Part shown: positions 28,444 through 37,194 of the stretch, piece after piece
Layout: every line of letters begins with the position of its first letter
Numbering within the stretch: position 1 is the stretch's first letter
From: Candidatus Fonsibacter sp.
Lineage (GTDB): Bacteria; Pseudomonadota; Alphaproteobacteria; Pelagibacterales; Pelagibacteraceae
DNA: 64,000 bases
Reading direction: 5' to 3' (one strand)
Assembly (NCBI GenBank): GCA_040404065.1
Contig: JBBAJM010000001.1
Made by a program: the position numbers and the translations under genes
The notes under the pieces: generated by a model
What the model was told of the DNA's origin: nothing
The model's database searches: none
What the model saw: the letters and a program-made list of their open reading frames with translations, nothing else

Positions 28444-28490
28444 TAGAATTATATATTTAAAAACAAAATAATATTATAAACAAAAAACAT

Positions 28491-28567
28491 GCAGCTGTAG
28501 CTCAGTTGGTTAGAGCGCTGGTTTGTGGAACCAGATGTCGGTGGTTCGAATCCACCCAGCTGTACCA
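28491..28567 (+). tRNA. tRNA-His(GTG), G-1-less type
   Basis: Acceptor GCAGCTG/CAGCTGT, A73, CCA; anticodon arm CTGGT-TT-GTG-GA-ACCAG; the base at -1 is T. Confidence 0.96.
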
Positions 28568-28572
28568 AATTA

Positions 28573-30009
28573 ATGAATAAAAAAACTTTTAAACCTAGCA
28601 GTGAATTACCCGCAGGTTTTGTAGATAGACAAGAAGAAGAGTTATTAGCGAGAGATCTTTTAATATCTAATATTAAAAAGATCATGGCTAAATATGGCTT
28701 TCAATATCTTGAAACACCTAGTTTTGAGTTTACCGATAGTATTGGTAAATTTTTGCCTGACAAAGATAGACCATCGGAGGGAGTTTTTTCTTTTGAGGAT
28801 GACAAAAAATGGCTTTCGTTACGATATGATTTAACAGCTCCACTAGCTAGATATGCAGCTAAAAACTTTAATAATTTACCAAGACCTTTTAAAAGGTATC
28901 AACTAGGAACAGTTTGGAGAAATGAAAAGCCAGGTCCTGGAAGATTTAGAGAATTTTTGCAATTTGATGCAGACTATATAGGAACAAGCAATTTATTTGC
29001 TGACGCAGAGTTGTGTTGTTTAATTTCAGAAATTTTAAGTACCTGCGGTTTAACAAAAAAAGAATTTATAATTAAAATATCTAATCGTAAATTAACAAAA
29101 GGATTATTAGAAAAGCTAAAAATCAACGATGAAAATAAACAATCAATAGTACTAAGAGCTATTGATAAGTTGGATAGAGTTGGATTAGAGGGTGTGCAAT
29201 ATCTTTTAGGAAAAGGCAGAAAAGATAAATCTGGAGATTTCACAAAAGGAGCCGAGTTAGATGAATCTCAAATTAAAGACATCATTAATTTTTTAAGCAT
29301 TAAAGATCTTTCGGATAATAATTTTGAAAAAATAGAAAAGATAGCTGGAGATAACCAGACTATATTAGACGGAGTGAATGAGCTCATTTTAATAAAGAAA
29401 TATTTTTCATTATTAAAATTCGATAATTTTAAATTTGATCCAACTGTTGTTAGGGGACTTGAATATTATACAGGTCCTATTTTTGAGGCTAATCTTACAT
29501 TCGGCGTTACAAACAACAAAGGTGAGGTAATTGAATTTGGATCAATAGGAGGCGGAGGTAGATATGATGATCTTGTAAAACGTTTTAATAATCAAGATTG
29601 CCCTTCAACTGGTATTTCAGTTGGTCTTGATCGTTTAATTTATGCAATTCTTCAAAAAAATAAAATTAAAGCAGAAAAAGAAACGCCAGTTTTGATATGT
29701 GTTTTCGATGAAAAGTATATGGATTACTATGTAAAAATTTTAAATTTGTTAAGAACAAAAAATATTAGCGCTGAAATTTATTCAGGAAGCGCCAATATAA
29801 AATCACAATTAAAATATGCCGACAAACGAGGATGCAATTACGTTATTTTATGTGGCGAAGATGAGGTAAGCAAAAATTTAGTTACAATTAAAAATTTAGA
29901 AATAGGCAAACAAATGTCAGATTCTTTAAAAGACAGGGATGACTGGAGAGAATCTTCTAGCTCTCAAAAAACAGTAGCTTTAGATCAACTTTTAAATGAG
30001 ATTAAATAA
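28573..30009 (+). CDS. hisS: Histidyl-tRNA synthetase
   Basis: LRYDLTAPLAR, motif 2 WRNEKPGPGRFREF.Q.DAD, VRGLEYYTG, GGGGRYD, GISVGLDRL. The ORF-track start (28525) lies inside tRNA-His, so ATG 28573 is used. Confidence 0.96.
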   Translation: MNKKTFKPSSELPAGFVDRQEEELLARDLLISNIKKIMAKYGFQYLETPSFEFTDSIGKFLPDKDRPSEGVFSFEDDKKWLSLRYDLTAPLARYAAKNFNNLPRPFKRYQLGTVWRNEKPGPGRFREFLQFDADYIGTSNLFADAELCCLISEILSTCGLTKKEFIIKISNRKLTKGLLEKLKINDENKQSIVLRAIDKLDRVGLEGVQYLLGKGRKDKSGDFTKGAELDESQIKDIINFLSIKDLSDNNFEKIEKIAGDNQTILDGVNELILIKKYFSLLKFDNFKFDPTVVRGLEYYTGPIFEANLTFGVTNNKGEVIEFGSIGGGGRYDDLVKRFNNQDCPSTGISVGLDRLIYAILQKNKIKAEKETPVLICVFDEKYMDYYVKILNLLRTKNISAEIYSGSANIKSQLKYADKRGCNYVILCGEDEVSKNLVTIKNLEIGKQMSDSLKDRDDWRESSSSQKTVALDQLLNEIK

Positions 30010-31097
30010 TGAAACAGGGTTTAGAAAAAAAGCGATTAAAAGAGGATCTTTCTAAAAAAATATTAAGCAATTTTAAGAAAAACAAATTTATTTTTACAGA
30101 TTTGGATCTGTTAATTGATACTAATTTATTAACCGAGCGATCAGGAGAGCAATTTAAAAAATTTACATTAACTTACAAAGATTTATTTGGAAAAGAAATT
30201 AGCTTGCGTCCTGATTTAACCGTTTCAACAGCATTAAAATATATTCAGGAAAAAAAGAATAAAGAAGAAAAGTATTGTTACTACGGAAGCGCTTATCGAT
30301 TAGACAAAGAAGGAGATTTAAAAGTTTTTGATCAAATAGGTTGTGAAATTATTAATTCAAATAGTGATAAATCAGAAAATATTTTGATTAATTCCATATT
30401 AGAACCATTAAAAAAAATCAAGAAGCTAGAAGTTATTTTAGGTGACGTTGGATTATTTAAAGTTTTAGTAGAATCCTTAGAACTTCCGTCTAGATGGAAA
30501 TTAAGATTAGTAAAAAATTTTTCTAGAAAAGAATATTTTGAGGATATGTTGAAAAGATTAGAAACAAATTATGATCTTGATCAAAAAGCAATTAAATTAG
30601 ATACAAAAAGACTTCAAGATTTAGAAAAACTAGATCCAAATGAAATAATTGGTGGAAGGACAGTTTCTGAAATTATTAAACGTTTTAATAAAAAGATTAA
30701 AGATCCAAGGGATAGTTATAAAGGAAAAAAGAATGTTAATATTATTAGAGATTTTTTAAACATTAATACCTCAATTCAGAAGGCAGAAAGTGCAATATTA
30801 TTTTTTTTCTCAAAAAATAAATTAAACAATTTATCTATTAAAAGTTATTTAAAAAAAATTAGCAGAATAAATAAAGAAATAGGAAAAAAATATTCTATTA
30901 ATTTTAAAACAAATTTTGGAAGAAATACTGATTATTATACCGGCATAGTCTTTTTAGCCTGTGTAAAAAAGAACTCTAAAATTATCGAATTAGCAAGAGG
31001 TGGAGAGTATAATGGTCTGCTTAGAACTCTTGGTTATAAGAAAAATATATCAGCTATAGGTGGAGCAATTAATTTAAATGAATTAATAAATTTGTAA
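30009..31097 (+). CDS. hisZ: ATP phosphoribosyltransferase regulatory subunit HisZ
   Basis: HisRS-like paralog (LRPDLTV, YYGSAYR, QIGCE, YYTGIVF, GGEYNGL) located between hisS and a short hisG. Confidence 0.88.
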   Translation: MKQGLEKKRLKEDLSKKILSNFKKNKFIFTDLDLLIDTNLLTERSGEQFKKFTLTYKDLFGKEISLRPDLTVSTALKYIQEKKNKEEKYCYYGSAYRLDKEGDLKVFDQIGCEIINSNSDKSENILINSILEPLKKIKKLEVILGDVGLFKVLVESLELPSRWKLRLVKNFSRKEYFEDMLKRLETNYDLDQKAIKLDTKRLQDLEKLDPNEIIGGRTVSEIIKRFNKKIKDPRDSYKGKKNVNIIRDFLNINTSIQKAESAILFFFSKNKLNNLSIKSYLKKISRINKEIGKKYSINFKTNFGRNTDYYTGIVFLACVKKNSKIIELARGGEYNGLLRTLGYKKNISAIGGAINLNELINL

Positions 31098-31101
31098 AAT
31101 T

Positions 31102-31770
31102 ATGTCTAAAATAAAAATAGGATTGCCAAGCAAAGGAAGATTAAAAGATGAATCTTTAGCTTTTTTAAAAAGCAAGAATCTAGAAGTGATGAATTCTTTT
31201 GGAGAAAGAAACTATTTCTTTAATATTAAAAATAACAGTGAAATAGATGGAGTTTTTTTACACGCTAGAGAAATAATCGAAAGAATTAATGACGGCACTT
31301 TAGATATTGGTATTTCAGGGCTAGATCTACTTAAGGAGTTGCCAGACGTTTATTCACAAAATGTAAAAATTTTTAAAAAACTTAATTTTGGTTTTGCTGA
31401 TTTAGTAGTAGCTATACCAAAAGATTGGTTAGATGTTCAGAATATGGCTGACTTAGAAGAGGTAAGCTTTGAATTTAGAGAAAAGTACGGACGTCGAATG
31501 CGAGTTGCTACTAAATATCCAAATTTAACTGAATCTTTCTTTTTATCGAAAGGAGTAAGTCAGTTTCGAGTTGTTCCAAGTTTAGGAGCAACAGAGTCTT
31601 ATCCATTCACTGGCTCTTCTGAATTGATTACGGACATAACCTCTACAGGCTCAACTTTAAAAGCTAATAATTTAAGAATTATAAATGATGGGACTATATT
31701 AAAAAGTTCTGCCTGTATTTTTGTTTCTAAAAAAATTGCGAATAGTAAGTTTTTGAATTTTTTAAAATAG
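31102..31770 (+). CDS. hisG: ATP phosphoribosyltransferase, short form
   Basis: IGLPSKGRL, LDIGISGLDL, RVATKYPNL, GATE...DITSTGSTLKANNL; 222 aa, so it lacks the C-terminal regulatory domain. Confidence 0.95.
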   Translation: MSKIKIGLPSKGRLKDESLAFLKSKNLEVMNSFGERNYFFNIKNNSEIDGVFLHAREIIERINDGTLDIGISGLDLLKELPDVYSQNVKIFKKLNFGFADLVVAIPKDWLDVQNMADLEEVSFEFREKYGRRMRVATKYPNLTESFFLSKGVSQFRVVPSLGATESYPFTGSSELITDITSTGSTLKANNLRIINDGTILKSSACIFVSKKIANSKFLNFLK

Positions 31771-31772
31771 TC

Positions 31773-31806
31773 AAAAAAAAACCCCAGATTTTTAGTCCGG
31801 GGTTTT
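31773..31806 (-). terminator. Intrinsic terminator of groEL (probably bidirectional with hisG)
   Basis: The minus strand reads ACCCCGGA-CTAAAAA-TCTGGGGT followed by a run of about 8 more T (fully paired with one G.U). The plus strand has one A.C mismatch and TTTT. Confidence 0.85.
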
Positions 31807-31842
31807 GAATTTTTTTAGAAAGTTTACTTAGAAAGAATGGAA

Positions 31843-33540
<1,698 letters not shown>

Positions 33541-33837
33541 TTATTTTTTCTTAGACATGATGCCCATGATGTCAGACTCTTTCATGATGCTATATTCCAC
33601 GCCGTCAATTTTAACTTCTGTTCCTGACCATTTTCCAAATAGAACAAGGTCTCCAACTTTAACTTCCATTGGTAAAATTTTTCCGTCTTCAGTTTTTGCT
33701 CCAGGTCCAACAGCAATAACTTTTCCTTCAGAAGGTTTTTCTTTTGCTGAGTCTGGTATAATTATTCCACCTGCTGTTTTTTCTTCTCCATCCAAGGGCT
33801 GAACAAGAACGCGATCGTGTAAAGGTCTAAAGTTCAT
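33541..33837 (-). CDS. groES: Co-chaperonin GroES
   Basis: [43 protein letters not shown]; SD GGAG upstream. Confidence 0.99.
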   Translation of the reverse strand: MNFRPLHDRVLVQPLDGEEKTAGGIIIPDSAKEKPSEGKVIAVGPGAKTEDGKILPMEVKVGDLVLFGKWSGTEVKIDGVEYSIMKESDIMGIMSKKK

Positions 33838-33903
33838 TAATTTAATTCTCCGTAAAATTAGTTGTTAGTTAAAATATAACTTCGTACAACAATGTACCTG
33901 ACG

Positions 33904-33934
33904 CTATATGATGACTGATCTATTAAATTTCAAG
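33904..33934 (-). promoter_or_regulatory. Putative RpoH (sigma32)-type promoter of groESL
   Basis: The minus strand reads CTTGAA-N16-ATCATAT, similar to the alphaproteobacterial RpoH consensus CTTGAA-N15/16-CCTATAT. Confidence 0.5.
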
Positions 33935-34039
33935 GGGTGCATAGTACAATAAAATAGCTAAAACACTATATTTTATTAGTTTTTTTTAACCTAATTTATA
34001 TGGAAGATCTAAAATTATACTTTATAAAGTACAGCTCTT

Positions 34040-35401
34040 ATGAGCTTAAACAACGACTTAGCTAAAGATCAAAATCAAAAGACTAATTATAAGCCTAATG
34101 ATCTAGAGGCATTCTGGATGCCTTTTACCGCTAATCAAGATTTTAAAGCAGACCCAAGAATAATTTCAAAATCTAAAGGTATGTACTATTACACTCCAAA
34201 TGGAGATAAAATTTTAGATGCAGTCGCAGGTTTGTGGTGTTGTAACGCGGGGCACAACAGAGAAGAGATTGTAAAAGCAATTCAAGAGCAAGCCGCTGAG
34301 TTAGATTTCGTTCCTTCTTTTCAAGCGGGTCATTATAAAGCTTTTGAATTAAGTAATAAGTTAACAGATATTTCACCAGAAAATTTAAACCATGTTTTTT
34401 ATAGTAACTCTGGTTCAGAGGCAGTTGAAACAGCTTTAAAAATTGCTTTAGCTTATTTTAGAGCAATTGGACAACCATCAAAAAGAATTTTAATAGGTCG
34501 TGAAAGAGGTTATCATGGAACAGGTTTTGGAGGATTGTCAGTAGGAGGTATAGTTAATAACAAAAAGCAATTTGAAAGATTTTTACCAGATGTTTATCAT
34601 CTTCCTCACACACATAATCTTGAACATAATTCATATTCTAAAGGACAGCCAGCATGGGGAGCTCATTTAGCTGATGATTTATTAAAACAAATTGAAAAGC
34701 ATGGCGCAGCTAATATTGCAGCAGTTATTGTTGAACCAGTTGCTGGTTCAACAGGAGTTTTAATTCCACCGGTCGGTTATTTAGAAAAATTAAGAAAGAT
34801 TTGTACTGATAATGATATTATCTTAATATTTGATGAAGTGATCACTGGATTTGGAAGATTAGGAAAGTCATTTGCTGCAGATTTTTTTAATATTGAACCT
34901 GACTTAATGACTATAGCAAAAGGATTGACTAGTGGCACCGTACCAATGGCCGCAACTTTTGTTTCAGATAAAATTTACAAAACTTTTATGAATGGAGATC
35001 CTAAAACTATTGAATTTTTTCATGGATATACTTATTCAGCACACCCATTAGCGTGTGCCGCTGCAATTGCAACACTTGATTTATATAAGAAAGAAAATTT
35101 ATTAGTTAGAGCATCAGAAATTGCAAAATACTGGGAAGATGCTTTACATTCGTTAAAAGGTACTAGGCATATAATTGATATAAGGAATCTTGGACTAATA
35201 GGAGCCGTAGAAGTAGAACCAATTTCAGGCAAACCATCAAGAAGAGCATACAATGTTCTTTGTGAAGCTTTTAAAGATCAAAAATTATTTGTAAGAGTGA
35301 CGGGAGACATTATTGCATTATCCCCTTCTTTAATTATAAAAAAACAAGAAATAGATTTAATTGTAGAAAAATTAAAAAAGACAATTAATTCTACCCAATA
35401 A
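34040..35401 (+). CDS. Class III PLP aminotransferase (omega-amino acid:pyruvate / beta-alanine type)
   Basis: FWMPFTAN, DAVAGLWC, NSGSEA, GYHG, EPVAGSTG, FDEVITGFGR, IAKG (PLP Lys), HGYTYSAHP. Confidence 0.9.
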   Translation: MSLNNDLAKDQNQKTNYKPNDLEAFWMPFTANQDFKADPRIISKSKGMYYYTPNGDKILDAVAGLWCCNAGHNREEIVKAIQEQAAELDFVPSFQAGHYKAFELSNKLTDISPENLNHVFYSNSGSEAVETALKIALAYFRAIGQPSKRILIGRERGYHGTGFGGLSVGGIVNNKKQFERFLPDVYHLPHTHNLEHNSYSKGQPAWGAHLADDLLKQIEKHGAANIAAVIVEPVAGSTGVLIPPVGYLEKLRKICTDNDIILIFDEVITGFGRLGKSFAADFFNIEPDLMTIAKGLTSGTVPMAATFVSDKIYKTFMNGDPKTIEFFHGYTYSAHPLACAAAIATLDLYKKENLLVRASEIAKYWEDALHSLKGTRHIIDIRNLGLIGAVEVEPISGKPSRRAYNVLCEAFKDQKLFVRVTGDIIALSPSLIIKKQEIDLIVEKLKKTINSTQ

Positions 35402-35412
35402 TATTTAAATTT

Positions 35413-36261
35413 ATGAATAATCCTGTTTTTTTAAGAGGGTTAAATAAAATTTATTCAAGTTTTAATATATTCTTCGTTGATCTTTGGGGTGTAATTCATA
35501 ATGGTGTGCAATGCTATTCTGAGGCTCTAAAAGCATTAAAAAATATAAAAAAAAATAAGAAAATTATACTTATCTCAAATGCACCAAGGCCAAATTACGA
35601 TGTTCAAAAATTTCTAAAAAAAATTAATTTTAGTAAAAGTTTTTATAATTTATTAATTACATCAGGCGATGTAACTCGCTCTTATTTGAAGAATAATTAT
35701 AAAAATAAGTCATTTTATCATCTTGGACCAAAAAGAGACGAAAGTTTATTTAGTAATTTAAGTTTAAAAAAAACTTCATTAAATAAAGCGGATTTTGTGA
35801 TTTGCACAGGTGTTAACAATAACAAAGACAGTATTAAAAAATATTATTCAATTTTAAAAAAAATAAATAATAGAAAATTAAAAATGATTTGTGCAAATCC
35901 AGATTTAATTGTTCATAGAGGAGATAATGTTGAGTATTGTGCAGGTTCTATTGCCAAGCTATATGAAAAAATGGGTGGTAAAGTTCAGTACTTTGGAAAA
36001 CCTTATAAATATTTTTATGAGTATATTTTTAAGATTTTAAAAAAAAAATATAAAAAAAAAATTAAAAAAAATAAAATACTTGCGATAGGTGATAATTTAA
36101 ATACTGATATTTTAGGCGCAAACAATCTCAATGTTAAGAATTTATTTATAGCAGGTGGTATTCATAAATCTGAATGGAATAATCATAGTATTAATCTTGC
36201 TAAATTTGTGTTCAATAAAAATTTTAAGATTAATTATTTTCAGAATGAACTGACTTGGTAG
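35413..36261 (+). CDS. HAD-superfamily class IIA hydrolase (TIGR01459-like)
   Basis: DLWGVIHNG, ISNAPRP, CANPDL.V.RG, GKP, AIGDNLNTDI.GA; sits upstream of ribF as in other alphaproteobacteria. Confidence 0.88.
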   Translation: MNNPVFLRGLNKIYSSFNIFFVDLWGVIHNGVQCYSEALKALKNIKKNKKIILISNAPRPNYDVQKFLKKINFSKSFYNLLITSGDVTRSYLKNNYKNKSFYHLGPKRDESLFSNLSLKKTSLNKADFVICTGVNNNKDSIKKYYSILKKINNRKLKMICANPDLIVHRGDNVEYCAGSIAKLYEKMGGKVQYFGKPYKYFYEYIFKILKKKYKKKIKKNKILAIGDNLNTDILGANNLNVKNLFIAGGIHKSEWNNHSINLAKFVFNKNFKINYFQNELTW

Positions 36262-37194
36262 ATGAAAATTTATAATAATACTAATTCTGTTAATAAAAAA
36301 TTTTTAAATTCTTTTTTAGCAATAGGAAATTTTGATGGTATTCATCTTGGTCATCAAGCACTTCTAAAAAAAGCTTATAATTTTTCAAGAAAGTTTAAAA
36401 AAAGATTTGGAATTTTTACTTTTGACCCGTTACCAAAAGATTTTTTTAGTAAGACTGATAATAGAATTTTAAATACTAATGATAAAGTAGATTTTATAAA
36501 AAAATTTTGTAAAGATTTTATTATTAAGCAAGATTTTAATTATAATTTTTCTAAGATTAGCCATGAAAACTTTGTTAAAAATATTCTTTTTAATAAATTA
36601 AAAGTTTCCAATATATTTGTAGGTGAGGATTTTAAGTTTGGATTTAAAAGAAAAGGCAATATTTCTTTTTTAAAACGAGTTTCACGAAAATATAATTTTA
36701 AAATATTTGTAATTAACTTTAGAAAATTTAGAAATCAGAAGATTTCTTCATCTAAAATTAGAGACCTTATTCAATCCGGAAAAATTAGTTTAGTTAATAA
36801 AATGTTAGGCAGGCCATGGCTGGTTTCTGGAATGGTTATTAAAGGAAAAAAGATTGGAAGAAGAATAGGATTTCCAACGGCAAATATTAAAATTTTTAAT
36901 CAAATTAAGCCATTATTTGGGGTTTATGCTGTGAAAATAATTTTTAATAAAGGAACTTATAACGGAATTGCAAATTATGGAGTAAGACCAACTTTTGGCA
37001 AATCTGATCCAGTTTTAGAGGTTAATATTTTTGGAAAAAATCATAATTTTTATAATAAGAATGTTAAAGTTTTATTTATTGATTTTATTAGAAAAGAGAA
37101 AAAATTTGAGAATAGTCAGATGTTAATTCGTCAAATTAAGAAAGATATTAAAATTGCTAAAATTAGTTTAAAAAAAAAATATGTCAGAAATTAA
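36262..37194 (+). CDS. ribF: Riboflavin kinase / FAD synthetase
   Basis: IGNFDGIHLGHQ, TFDPLP, VGEDFKFG, ISSSKIR, GFPTANI, YGVRPTF, FIRKEKKF. Confidence 0.95.
   Translation: MKIYNNTNSVNKKFLNSFLAIGNFDGIHLGHQALLKKAYNFSRKFKKRFGIFTFDPLPKDFFSKTDNRILNTNDKVDFIKKFCKDFIIKQDFNYNFSKISHENFVKNILFNKLKVSNIFVGEDFKFGFKRKGNISFLKRVSRKYNFKIFVINFRKFRNQKISSSKIRDLIQSGKISLVNKMLGRPWLVSGMVIKGKKIGRRIGFPTANIKIFNQIKPLFGVYAVKIIFNKGTYNGIANYGVRPTFGKSDPVLEVNIFGKNHNFYNKNVKVLFIDFIRKEKKFENSQMLIRQIKKDIKIAKISLKKKYVRN

Noticed and set aside
28449-28685. 78-aa minus-strand ORF and the 16-codon N-terminal extension of hisS (28525)
   Set aside because: Both run through tRNA-His; artifacts of the tRNA sequence.
33948-33977. AATAAAATA-N12-TATTTTATT inverted repeat between groES and the aminotransferase
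   Set aside because: Composed only of A/T in a very AT-rich spacer; not distinguishable from background.
34000-34065. 21-aa ORF (MEDLKLYFIKYSSYELKQRLS) overlapping the aminotransferase start
   Set aside because: No amino-acid enrichment, no SD, and it begins upstream of the likely -10; consistent with chance.
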